A DNA stretch of 36,097 nt from Candidatus Saccharimonadales bacterium (GCA_047611885.1 JBLFWT010000001.1:1-36097), one strand, 5' to 3'. Shown: positions 19,151-27,085, counted from the first letter of the stretch. Made by a program: numbers and translations. The notes: generated from the letters alone by a model not told the origin.

Positions 19151-19328
19151 GATTAACATGTAGACCATTTTGAGCGTCGAGCGCTCGGATACAGCAAAGC
19201 CGTATTATACATACGGCTCGCTGTAAACTCAGAGCTCACAATCTCAAACTGAAACTACATGAAAATTTAGGATTTATATAAATTAAGCAGTGCGTCACGC
19301 GCACCAAAAAAGAAGGAGCGTGATCCGT

Positions 19329-19445
19329 ATGAAAGTACGTGCAAGTGTAAAAAAGATTAGTCCTGACGACAAGATTGTTCGTCGCAAAGGAAGAGTCTAT
19401 GTTATTAATAAGTTTAAACCTAAACATAAGCAAAGGCAGGGATAG
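19329..19445 (+). CDS. rpmJ: 50S ribosomal protein L36 (not in the ORF track, zinc ligands lost)
   Basis: My manual translation is [38 protein letters not shown] (38 aa). An AAGGAG SD lies upstream. The TAG stop is 2 nt before rpsM. Confidence 0.93.
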   Translation: MKVRASVKKISPDDKIVRRKGRVYVINKFKPKHKQRQG

Positions 19446-19447
19446 GC

Positions 19448-19834
19448 ATGGCTCGAATATCAGGAGTTACTATTCCTAATGAAAAGCAAGTTTTATTTGC
19501 GCTTCAGTATATATATGGAATAGGGAAAACAGTTAGTGTAGAGATCATCGAAAAAGCTAAGGTTGAGCCTACAGTTAGAGTAAAAGACCTGACTGACGCA
19601 GAAATATCTCGAATTCAAGATGTAATCAATGAGAGACATATTGTTGAAGGTGAACTTCAAAGGATTGTTACCTCTAACATCAAGAGGCTTAAAGAAGTTA
19701 AAACCTACAGAGGATTGCGTCACGCACTGAACCTTCCATCTAGAGGGCAGAGAACTAAAACGAACGCAAGAACAAGAAGAGGTAAAAAACTTACTGTTGG
19801 CGGAACGGCGAAGAAGGCGCCTACTAAAACTTAA
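19448..19834 (+). CDS. rpsM: 30S ribosomal protein S13
   Basis: 128 aa starting MARISGVTIPNEKQVLFALQYIYGIG. Confidence 0.97.
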   Translation: MARISGVTIPNEKQVLFALQYIYGIGKTVSVEIIEKAKVEPTVRVKDLTDAEISRIQDVINERHIVEGELQRIVTSNIKRLKEVKTYRGLRHALNLPSRGQRTKTNARTRRGKKLTVGGTAKKAPTKT

Positions 19835-19839
19835 TCGAT

Positions 19840-20262
19840 ATGGCTGAAGAAACAACAAACGAAGTAGTTGAAGTAAAAACTGCTGCACCAAAGAAAAAGA
19901 AGAACAAAAGAAGTGTTCCCTATGGTCAAATGCATGTTAATGCTACATTCAACAACACAATAATTACTTTCACTGACAGCAGCGGAGCGGTTTTATCTGC
20001 ATCTAGCGCTGGTGCATGTGGATTCAGAGGATCTAAGAAGGGCACTGCATACGCAGCCCAGATCGCAGCGGAAAAAGCAGCAACAACAGCAAAACAACAA
20101 CACGGACTTGTTAAAGTCGACGTTATTGTTAAGGGTGTTGGACAAGGACGAGATACAGCTATAAGAGCATTAATCGGAGTTGATGTTAGCGTCGAAGGCA
20201 TAAAGGATATAACTCCAATTGCACACGGCGGAACAAGACCGAAGAAAGCTAGGAGAAACTAA
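19840..20262 (+). CDS. rpsK: 30S ribosomal protein S11
   Basis: 140 aa with GQMHVNATFNNTIITFTDSSG. Confidence 0.97.
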   Translation: MAEETTNEVVEVKTAAPKKKKNKRSVPYGQMHVNATFNNTIITFTDSSGAVLSASSAGACGFRGSKKGTAYAAQIAAEKAATTAKQQHGLVKVDVIVKGVGQGRDTAIRALIGVDVSVEGIKDITPIAHGGTRPKKARRN

Positions 20263-20264
20263 CC

Positions 20265-20882
20265 ATGGCTAGAGATACACAATCAATTGTAAAGATGAGC
20301 AGACGCGAAGGCTATGCGCTACACCCTAAAGCTCACAAGGCTTTAGCTAAAAGAACATCTATGCCGGGACAGGCCGCTAATGGTAGATACAGAAATAAAC
20401 CTAGTCAGTACTCTCTACAGTTGCGAGAAAAGCAGAAAGTTAAGAGATTATTTGGGCTTCTTGAAAAGCAATTTTCAAGATTAATGAAAGAAGCATCAAA
20501 GGGCAAAGGGCAATCAGGGCAAACATTACTCCGACTGCTAGAACAAAGAGCAGATAACGTAATATACCGAGCCGGATTCGCAACAAGTAGAAGAGCTGCA
20601 AGGCAGTTAGTAACACATGGTCACTTTGTATTGAACGGTCAGAGAATCGACGTTCCTTCACATAGACTAAACCCAGGTGACGAAATGGTTGTAAGGCCAC
20701 AAAGTATGAAAACTGATTACTTCAAGAGACTTGACGAAGTTAGCCCAGCTGGCGAAGCCACAGTATCTTGGGTAAAAGTTGATCGCAAGAAAGTACAAGT
20801 TAGCATAGTGGCATTACCTGTACGCGAAGAAGCTGAACCAGACATTAACGAACAACTAATTGTCGAGTATTACTCGCGCTAA
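20265..20882 (+). CDS. rpsD: 30S ribosomal protein S4
   Basis: 205 aa with an S4 domain, RADNVIYRAGFATSRRAARQLVTHGHFVLNG. Confidence 0.97.
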   Translation: MARDTQSIVKMSRREGYALHPKAHKALAKRTSMPGQAANGRYRNKPSQYSLQLREKQKVKRLFGLLEKQFSRLMKEASKGKGQSGQTLLRLLEQRADNVIYRAGFATSRRAARQLVTHGHFVLNGQRIDVPSHRLNPGDEMVVRPQSMKTDYFKRLDEVSPAGEATVSWVKVDRKKVQVSIVALPVREEAEPDINEQLIVEYYSR

Positions 20883-20901
20883 TCATAAGGAAAGAGAATA
20901 T

Positions 20902-21849
20902 ATGTCAAACCACATAAACACACCTACTATCACGAGCGTTACTGATGATGCCGACAACACAGCTACTTTTACAGTAGAGCCTCTTCATAACGGATACGGG
21001 ATGACTTTAGGTAACAGTATCAGAAGAGTACTACTTTCTAGTATCTCTGGTGCAGCAGTTACATCATTCCGCATAGAAGGTGTAACACACGAGTTTACAG
21101 CAATCGATGGCATCAAAGAAGATGTAGTAGATATCATGCAAAAACTTAAGAGCATTAGGTTCCAGGTACACAGTGACGAACCACAAACGCTAACAATAGA
21201 AAAGAAAGGTTCAGGAATAGTTACTGCAGGAGACATCAAGACAAACGCTGATGTTGAAGTAGTGAACAAAGACCTAGAACTTGCTACAATTGACGGCAAA
21301 GTTAACTTCAGAGCTGAAATAGTCGTTGAAGTTGGACGAGGCTACAGAACAATTGAGGAAACTAGCAACAATCGTCAAAGCACAGATTTTATCGCTGTAG
21401 ATGCAATCTTTAGCCCAGTGCTAAGAGTACGTTATAAGGTAGAGAATACTCGTGTTGGTCAGATGACTAACCTTGACAAGCTACTTCTAACTGCTGAAAC
21501 AGACGGAACTATAACACCAAGAGACGCATTCGAAGAAGCAAACGCACTATTGGTCAACCAATACACAGCTCTAGCAGGTAAAACAACAGTAGAAGCAGCT
21601 CCTCTGCAACTTCACGTTCCAGCTAGCGAAGCAATGGCTAACGCAGAAGACGAAGAACGAGACGCGCTAACAACATCTATCGAAGATCTAAACTTCTCAG
21701 CTAGAACTACAAACGCACTTATAAACAACGACATTCAGACATTGAAAGACTTGTTTAGCCTTACAGACGCAGAGCTAAAGGACCTTAAAGGGTTTGGTAG
21801 CAAAGCTCTTGATGAAGTACGCGAAAAACTAGCGGAATTGGAGCTATAG
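20902..21849 (+). CDS. rpoA: DNA-directed RNA polymerase subunit alpha
   Basis: The start is moved to the ATG at 20902 (MSNHINTP), with an AAGGAAAGAG SD upstream. It has an alpha NTD and a CTD (LNFSARTTNALINNDIQTLKDL). Confidence 0.96.
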   Translation: MSNHINTPTITSVTDDADNTATFTVEPLHNGYGMTLGNSIRRVLLSSISGAAVTSFRIEGVTHEFTAIDGIKEDVVDIMQKLKSIRFQVHSDEPQTLTIEKKGSGIVTAGDIKTNADVEVVNKDLELATIDGKVNFRAEIVVEVGRGYRTIEETSNNRQSTDFIAVDAIFSPVLRVRYKVENTRVGQMTNLDKLLLTAETDGTITPRDAFEEANALLVNQYTALAGKTTVEAAPLQLHVPASEAMANAEDEERDALTTSIEDLNFSARTTNALINNDIQTLKDLFSLTDAELKDLKGFGSKALDEVREKLAELEL

Positions 21850-21852
21850 AAA

Positions 21853-22320
21853 ATGCATCGGCACGGATATAAAGGACGTAAGTTCGGCAGAGAGCGAGAC
21901 CAGAGAGCAGCTTTAATTAAAAGCTTAGCTGAGAGTCTGATCAAACACGAATCTATCGAAACTACGCTTGAAAAAGCAAAGACACTAAGACCTTATGTTG
22001 AAAAACTAGTTACTAAGGCTAAAAAGGGTGGACTGCACAACAGAAGACAAGTGATTAAGTCGCTTCAGACTCTAGAGTCAGCTCACAAGCTATTCGATGA
22101 AATAGCACCTAAGATTACACGAGATAGCGGATACCTTAGAATTAAGAAAACCGACACTCGACGCGGTGACAATGCTCAGCTTGCAGTTATCTCATTTGTA
22201 GATGACCTAAAAGCAACAGCTAAGTCAGCGGAAAAGAAACCAGCTAAAGCAGTAGCAAAGAAGGCCAAGCCAGCAACCAAGAAGGCTGCAACAGCGAAAA
22301 GCACTGGAGACAAGAAATAA
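21853..22320 (+). CDS. rplQ: 50S ribosomal protein L17 with a K/A-rich tail
   Basis: 155 aa with RERDQRAALIKSLAESLIKHESIETTLEKAKTLRPYVEKLVTKAK. Confidence 0.95.
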   Translation: MHRHGYKGRKFGRERDQRAALIKSLAESLIKHESIETTLEKAKTLRPYVEKLVTKAKKGGLHNRRQVIKSLQTLESAHKLFDEIAPKITRDSGYLRIKKTDTRRGDNAQLAVISFVDDLKATAKSAEKKPAKAVAKKAKPATKKAATAKSTGDKK

Positions 22321-22763
22321 TGAAGACTTACTCAGCAAAACCAACAGAAGTAACCCGTAAATGGTACGCAGTAGACGCTTCAGAAGCTCCTGTAGGCCGT
22401 ATGGCTACTAAAATAGCTACTCTACTAACAGGTAAGGGTAAGCCAATGTTTACCCACCACATCGACTGTGGAGATTTCGTAGTAGTTACTAACACTGACA
22501 GCACTGTATTTACAGGACTAAAAGAAGATGACAAGAAGTACTATCGTCACTCAGGATACCCTGGTGGGATCAAAGATAGAACTGTTAAAGAGCAGCGTGC
22601 ACGAGACTCTACTAAACTTATTGAAAAGGCAGTCTACGGAATGCTACCAGTAAATAAGCTTAGACCAGAGCGCATGAAGAGATTGAAACTTTATGCTGGT
22701 GCGGATCACAACCATGCAGCTCAAAAACCTGAGACTTTAAGTTTCAAGAAAGAGAGTAAATAA
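22320..22763 (+). CDS. rplM: 50S ribosomal protein L13
   Basis: 147 aa with RKWYAVDASEAPVGRMATKIATLLTGKGKPMFTHHIDCGDFVVV. Confidence 0.97.
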   Translation: MKTYSAKPTEVTRKWYAVDASEAPVGRMATKIATLLTGKGKPMFTHHIDCGDFVVVTNTDSTVFTGLKEDDKKYYRHSGYPGGIKDRTVKEQRARDSTKLIEKAVYGMLPVNKLRPERMKRLKLYAGADHNHAAQKPETLSFKKESK

Positions 22764-23158
22764 TGGCTGAACAACACTATACATACGCTATTGGTAGACG
22801 AAAAAGCGCTACAGCAAAGATCCGCCTAACTAACGGTAAAGGCAACATCACAGTAAACAAAGTAACGGCTGCTGAATACTTTGCTAACGCTAATATGCTG
22901 CTAGAAGACCTACAGACTCCATTTAAAGCTATAGACGACAACAAGTACGATGTATCTGTTGTGGTCGACGGTGGTGGACATGCTGGACAGATCGACGCTA
23001 TCAAGCTAGGCATCTCTAAAGCACTAGTTCTGAAAAACGAAAGCCTAAAGGATACGCTTAAAAAAGCCGACCTACTAGGAAGAGACCCAAGACAACGCGA
23101 ACGTAAGAAGTTCGGTCTTAAGGGCGCAAGAAAACAAAGACAGTTCACAAAACGTTAA
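22763..23158 (+). CDS. rpsI: 30S ribosomal protein S9
   Basis: 131 aa with GRRKSATAKIRL and RDPRQRERKKFGLKGARKQRQFTKR. Confidence 0.97.
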   Translation: MAEQHYTYAIGRRKSATAKIRLTNGKGNITVNKVTAAEYFANANMLLEDLQTPFKAIDDNKYDVSVVVDGGGHAGQIDAIKLGISKALVLKNESLKDTLKKADLLGRDPRQRERKKFGLKGARKQRQFTKR

Positions 23159-23181
23159 TTGGTTTTATATAATTAGCGATT

Positions 23182-23236
23182 GAGAGCCTCCTGATTAATG
23201 GTATGTATACTATTAATGAAGGAGGCTCTTTGATTT
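23182..23236 (+). terminator. Long hairpin terminator ending the ribosomal block
   Basis: GAGAGCCTCC (23182-23191) pairs with GGAGGCTCT (23221-23229). The upper stem is imperfect and AT-rich, and a T-rich tract follows. Confidence 0.7.
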
Positions 23237-23272
23237 CTACTGATATGTAACTAACCATTTACCCTTTAAAAG

Positions 23273-23281
23273 TGGTAAACT
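23273..23281 (+). promoter_or_regulatory. Extended -10 promoter (TGgTAAACT) 8 nt before the trpS ATG (probably leaderless)
   Basis: A TGn plus -10 motif with no SD between it and the ATG at 23290. Confidence 0.4.
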
Positions 23282-23289
23282 TAGACTAG

Positions 23290-24321
23290 ATGAGTAAACA
23301 AATTGTACTAACTGGAATTAGATCAAACGACGAACCCACTCTAGGGAACTATATTGGGGCCTTTAAGCCCATGTCCGATATGGCGAAAAAGCAGTCGAAA
23401 GATTACAATGTTCACATGTTCGTTCCTGACCTACATAGCTTTACTACCCCTATTGAATTTGGTAAGTTTTATGAGCGCACGATGCACAACCTACGGTTAT
23501 TCGTTGCATGTGGATTACCCTTAGACAACGACTCAATCTTTATCTATAGGCAGAGCTTTGTTCCAGCGCACAGCGAGCTGACTTGGATTTTAGACAACTT
23601 TACTGGTTTTGGAGAGCTTAGCAGGATGGTAGAGTTCAAAGACAAATCAACTAGACTAGACACTGACCGTGTAAGTGTAGGGCTATTTAACTACCCGGTA
23701 CTAATGTCCGCTGATATCCTTTTATACGGAGCTACATGGGTGCCAGTAGGCGAAGACCAGCGTCAACACCTAGAATTCACCAGGACAATTGCAGAAAGAC
23801 TGAACAACAAGTTCAACTTATCATTAGTAGTTCCTGAAACTATTGAGAACCAGCAGAAATTCGTAGGGCGCAGTGAAGCCCCTAGGATTCGTAGCCTACG
23901 TAACCCATCCAAGAAGATGAGTAAGAGCATAGATGACCCTGCCGGAACAATACTGCTTTCAGATACACCAGAATCAGCCTCTAAAAAGATTATGTCTGCA
24001 GAGACTGATAACCTAGGCAAGATTAACTACGACTGGCAGAACCAACCTGGCGTAACCAACCTATTGGCAATATTGGGTGCGTTAACTGATCAACCTCAAA
24101 AATCGGTTAATGCTGAATGGGTAGGGAAAGAACGATATGGAGACCTTAAAAAGGCCGTATCTGACGTTTTAAGCAACTTTCTGCAGGATCTGCAGACGAA
24201 ACTTAGTGCAGTTGACGACGAAGCCTTAATAAAGCACCTTGAAGCTTCAGAGACGCGCATGAATATAGTTGCTAACGAAACACTTCTCACTATCCAAAAG
24301 GCTATTGGCCTTAGGATTTAA
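23290..24321 (+). CDS. trpS: Tryptophan--tRNA ligase
   Basis: 343 aa, class I. It has the TLGNYIGA variant of the HIGH motif typical of TrpRS, and KMSKS. Confidence 0.9.
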   Translation: MSKQIVLTGIRSNDEPTLGNYIGAFKPMSDMAKKQSKDYNVHMFVPDLHSFTTPIEFGKFYERTMHNLRLFVACGLPLDNDSIFIYRQSFVPAHSELTWILDNFTGFGELSRMVEFKDKSTRLDTDRVSVGLFNYPVLMSADILLYGATWVPVGEDQRQHLEFTRTIAERLNNKFNLSLVVPETIENQQKFVGRSEAPRIRSLRNPSKKMSKSIDDPAGTILLSDTPESASKKIMSAETDNLGKINYDWQNQPGVTNLLAILGALTDQPQKSVNAEWVGKERYGDLKKAVSDVLSNFLQDLQTKLSAVDDEALIKHLEASETRMNIVANETLLTIQKAIGLRI

Positions 24322-24322
24322 C

Positions 24323-25174
24323 ATGGCAAAAGAGTACTTAGAAATAACAGAAGAAATAGGCGTCGCGAGAATAGACAAGCTTATTGCTGACACTTTCCCG
24401 CAATATTCTAGATCTGCTCTAAGCAAGTTGTTCTTAATGAACCTAATTAAAAGAGACGGGATAAGTCTTAGGCCTGGCGAAAAGGTCAGACCAGGAGCAG
24501 TGATTGAATACGACCTAGGGCCGCTACAAGAAACACCGGATGTTATACCTCTACCAATAATATATGAAGACGACAATATTACAGTTGTTAACAAGCCTGC
24601 TGGCATAATATCTCACGCAAGAGGACGTTTCTGGCAGGAAGCATCCGTAGCTAGCTTCATAAGAGACCGTATTAGCGGCATGGAAGGTGAACGAGGCGGC
24701 ATAGTACATAGATTAGATCGAGCTACATCAGGAGTAATGATTTGTGCTAGAAACGAAGCGTCGCTAAAGTTCTTTCAGAAACAGTTTCACGACAGACTAG
24801 TTCTTAAGTCATACATTGCAATTACTTCCGTATGTCCCAAAGAAAAAGAAGCAAAAATAATTGCTGCTATTGCCAGAAACCTGAAAGATCCGAAGACATT
24901 CCATGTAAATACAACTGGTAAAATAGCAGAGACTCACTATAAGGTACTTAAAGAAGAAAAGAAACGCTACACAGTAGAGCTGAAACCTAAAACAGGCCGA
25001 ACCCATCAGCTAAGAGTGCACCTGAACTATATTAACTGCCCGATAATCGGTGACGAACTATACGGAGGAGACAAGAATGTACGACTCCTGCTCCATGCTC
25101 ATAAGCTAACCATCAAGCTGCCTGACGGAAAATCTAAAACTTTTACTGCACCACTACCAGAAGAGTTTAAGTAG
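24323..25174 (+). CDS. RluA-family 23S rRNA pseudouridine synthase (RluD-like, with an S4 domain)
   Basis: The start is moved to the ATG at 24323 (MAKEYLEI), 1 nt after the trpS stop. It has the catalytic HRLDRATSG motif and a GRTHQLRVH motif. Confidence 0.88.
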   Translation: MAKEYLEITEEIGVARIDKLIADTFPQYSRSALSKLFLMNLIKRDGISLRPGEKVRPGAVIEYDLGPLQETPDVIPLPIIYEDDNITVVNKPAGIISHARGRFWQEASVASFIRDRISGMEGERGGIVHRLDRATSGVMICARNEASLKFFQKQFHDRLVLKSYIAITSVCPKEKEAKIIAAIARNLKDPKTFHVNTTGKIAETHYKVLKEEKKRYTVELKPKTGRTHQLRVHLNYINCPIIGDELYGGDKNVRLLLHAHKLTIKLPDGKSKTFTAPLPEEFK

Positions 25175-26007
25175 TGCTACTCCACCCAAAGACCAAAGAC
25201 TCAGTAAATGCATATATAGGTAAGCCAAACTCGACACTACTAATCGAAACGGCAGGGGATGAACTGAGCTATTCAGTTGACCTTGCTAAGCACATATACA
25301 GCAGCATAGCTGGCTCAAGCGCAGATCCTGTACTGGAAGTGCAATCAGACAAGTCGATAGGTATTGAGGCGATTAGAGACCTTATCCATACGATGTCACT
25401 TAGCGCGAACAAATCCGACAAAGTATCTAGAGCTGCAATCATACATGATGCACATTTGTTGACTCGTGAGGCACAGAATTCACTATTGAAACTTATTGAG
25501 GAACTACCATCTAGTACTCAGGTCATGTTAGTAGCTTCGAATTCGAATAATCTATTTTCTACTATTAAGTCTAGATGCTACAGCATATCTATACTACCGA
25601 TCAACAAGTCCGATGCCGCTACTTATGCAGAGAAAGACGCTATTGAAGCGAGTAGGATCGATCAAGCCTATCTAGTATCCGAAGGAAAGCCTGGCTTATT
25701 CCTAAGATTAATTGCGGACGATGAGGATGAGTACTTCAAATCTATCAACGTTGCAAAACAGTACATAGGATCTACCGTTTTTGAGAGACAGCAAATGGCT
25801 AAAACTATCACTGACAAAAAATTCAATCTTGATCTATTCCTTCAATCGCTAAAAGTTATAGCAAAATCCGGGCTACATAGATCCAAAACAACAGAAGCAA
25901 AACTAAGATGGAGTTCTACTCTAGAGCAAGTCCTAGATTCTAAAGACAAAATCGACAGGAACGTGAACAAGAAGCTAGCATTACTAGAGTTAAGTGTACA
26001 TTTATAG
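25174..26007 (+). CDS. holB: DNA polymerase III delta-prime-like AAA+ clamp-loader subunit
   Basis: 277 aa with a GTG start overlapping the upstream stop by 1 nt. It has a degenerate P-loop plus AAIIHDAHLLTREAQNSLLKLIEELP...STIKSRC (sensor-1 / SRC motif). Confidence 0.65.
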   Translation: MLLHPKTKDSVNAYIGKPNSTLLIETAGDELSYSVDLAKHIYSSIAGSSADPVLEVQSDKSIGIEAIRDLIHTMSLSANKSDKVSRAAIIHDAHLLTREAQNSLLKLIEELPSSTQVMLVASNSNNLFSTIKSRCYSISILPINKSDAATYAEKDAIEASRIDQAYLVSEGKPGLFLRLIADDEDEYFKSINVAKQYIGSTVFERQQMAKTITDKKFNLDLFLQSLKVIAKSGLHRSKTTEAKLRWSSTLEQVLDSKDKIDRNVNKKLALLELSVHL

Positions 26008-26028
26008 ATGAGTGGTGTAGCAATACAA

Positions 26029-26037
26029 TGATATACT
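26029..26037 (+). promoter_or_regulatory. Extended -10 promoter (TGaTATACT) 7 nt before the ATG at 26045 (probably leaderless)
   Basis: A TGn plus -10 motif with no SD. Confidence 0.4.
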
Positions 26038-26044
26038 ACAAGCT

Positions 26045-26701
26045 ATGAGTTCATTAGTTTTAATACTTATTTTTGGAGCTATCGCGATCCTTACAGGCAA
26101 ACAGAGAGATACTGAATTGTCTCCTATACCTAGGAATCTTAGCGATCGACTAAGTAAGCTGTGGGAAGTAGCTCACCAAGGCATGAAGGAGAATAGACTA
26201 CTAAGAGCTGAGAAGGCTCTACTAACTATCCTGAATATCGACGAGAAAAATGCAGCAGCCTACAATCGACTTGGAATCCTATACGCAAAACAAAAAGAGT
26301 TCAAGGATGCTATAGATTGTTTCGAGATAGCTAGCAGTATCGAGCCCTCAGCCTCTAGTCTGCACAACCTAGGATTAATATACTATGAGACAGAAAACTA
26401 CGAAAAGGCTGGTACAGCCTTCGAGCAAGCTATTAAACTAGAGGATGGGCTAGCAGCTAGACATATAGCCTTCGCTAAAGTGCACGAAAAGCTTAGCAAC
26501 CAAGCGCTAGTGATAGATTCGCTAGAGAAAGCTGTTGAACTCGAGCCTACCAAGGAATCACTAAACCTATTGCTGCATGCATACGCTACACAAGGTCTTG
26601 AAACAGAAGCGAAAGCTATACATAAAAGATTAGACAGGCTAGAAACAGCAACGCAGCCTGCTAAGAAAAAAGTAGCTAGACCAAGAAGAGTTGTAGTCTA
26701 G
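26045..26701 (+). CDS. Membrane-anchored tetratricopeptide-repeat protein
   Basis: 218 aa with an N-terminal TM helix followed by TPR-like 34-aa repeats (AAAYNRLGILYAKQKEFKDAIDCFEIA..., LHNLGLIYYETENYEKAGTAFEQAIKL...). Confidence 0.75.
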   Translation: MSSLVLILIFGAIAILTGKQRDTELSPIPRNLSDRLSKLWEVAHQGMKENRLLRAEKALLTILNIDEKNAAAYNRLGILYAKQKEFKDAIDCFEIASSIEPSASSLHNLGLIYYETENYEKAGTAFEQAIKLEDGLAARHIAFAKVHEKLSNQALVIDSLEKAVELEPTKESLNLLLHAYATQGLETEAKAIHKRLDRLETATQPAKKKVARPRRVVV

Positions 26702-26725
26702 AACAGTAGAGTCATTAGTGGTAAT

Positions 26726-26753
26726 AAAAAAAACACCCTAGTTGGTGTTGTTT
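26726..26753. terminator. Bidirectional hairpin terminator (copy 1)
   Basis: An A-run, AACACC-CTAGTT-GGTGTT, then GTTTT. It serves the TPR gene on the plus strand and the tRNA-side transcript on the minus strand. Confidence 0.7.
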
Positions 26754-26868
26754 TGGTGCAGGGTGTAGGATAACTCCGGTATAATCCGCCCGTTAGTCGC
26801 AGGCGCGACGGGGGATTATCGAACCTCGTTCGTTTCACTCACTGAACGGTTCAAATCCTACAACAGCA
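26754..26868 (-). other. Duplicated tRNA-Tyr 3' fragment (T-stem 3' strand, acceptor 3' strand and CCA) fused to a structured insert with a GC-rich hairpin core; att-like scar or tRNA-derived RNA
   Basis: Nt 26754-26771 repeat the tRNA-Tyr 3' end exactly. TGTAGGA (26764-26770) pairs with TCCTACA (26856-26862) and encloses 85 nt. That interval contains hairpin 26781-26819 (ATAATCC.CCC.GTCGC-loop-GCGAC.GGG.GGATTAT). No 5' acceptor strand, D-arm or anticodon arm is present. Confidence 0.5.
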
Positions 26869-26896
26869 ATAAAAAACACCATAATTGGTGTTGTTT
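26869..26896 (-). terminator. Hairpin terminator directly after tRNA-Tyr (copy 2)
   Basis: The minus strand reads AACACC-AATTAT-GGTGTT followed by TTTTAT. It is near-identical to copy 1, and the substitutions fall in the loop. Confidence 0.7.
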
Positions 26897-26982
26897 TGGT
26901 GCAGGGTGTAGGATTCGAACCTACGAAGGCATAAGCCAACAGATTTACAGTCTGTCGTGTTTGACCGCTTCACTAACCCTGC
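26897..26982 (-). tRNA. tRNA-Tyr (anticodon GTA), class II with a long variable arm, CCA encoded
   Basis: Manual cloverleaf: acceptor GCAGGGT/ACCCTGC, anticodon stem ACAGA/TCTGT with loop CTGTAAA, variable stem GGC/GCC, and T-arm GTAGG-TTCGAAT-CCTAC. Confidence 0.93.
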
Positions 26983-26996
26983 TTGTTATAAGTTAA

Positions 26997-27073
26997 TGGA
27001 GCCACCTGTCGGATTCGAACCGACGACCTGCTGTTTACAAAACAGCTGCTCTAACCAGCTGAGCTAAGGTGGC
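26997..27073 (-). tRNA. tRNA-Thr (anticodon TGT), CCA encoded
   Basis: Manual cloverleaf: acceptor GCCACCT/AGGTGGC, D-arm GCTC/GAGC, anticodon stem GCTGT/ACAGC with loop TTTGTAA, and T-arm GTCGG-TTCGAAT-CCGAC. Confidence 0.93.
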
Positions 27074-27085
27074 ATCTATTACTAA

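Noticed and set aside
23159-23289. Possible T-box riboswitch upstream of trpS.
   Set aside because: Only about 130 nt are available, and about 55 of them form the rpsI terminator. I see no T-box consensus, no specifier-loop architecture and no terminator/antiterminator pair.
26820-26853. The CGAAC-CTC-GTTCG and TGAAC-G-GTTCA palindromes as Gram-positive-type LexA boxes.
   Set aside because: The half-site spacing is 3 nt and 1 nt rather than the 4 nt the consensus requires, and no SOS gene is adjacent.
26754-26868. The duplicated segment as a genuine second tRNA, or as a tRNA with an intron.
   Set aside because: Nothing is complementary to the acceptor 3' strand, and there is no D-arm or anticodon arm. 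The GGTTCGATAATCCCC stretch gives only a mismatched T-arm with a 9-nt loop. It is also too short for a group I intron.
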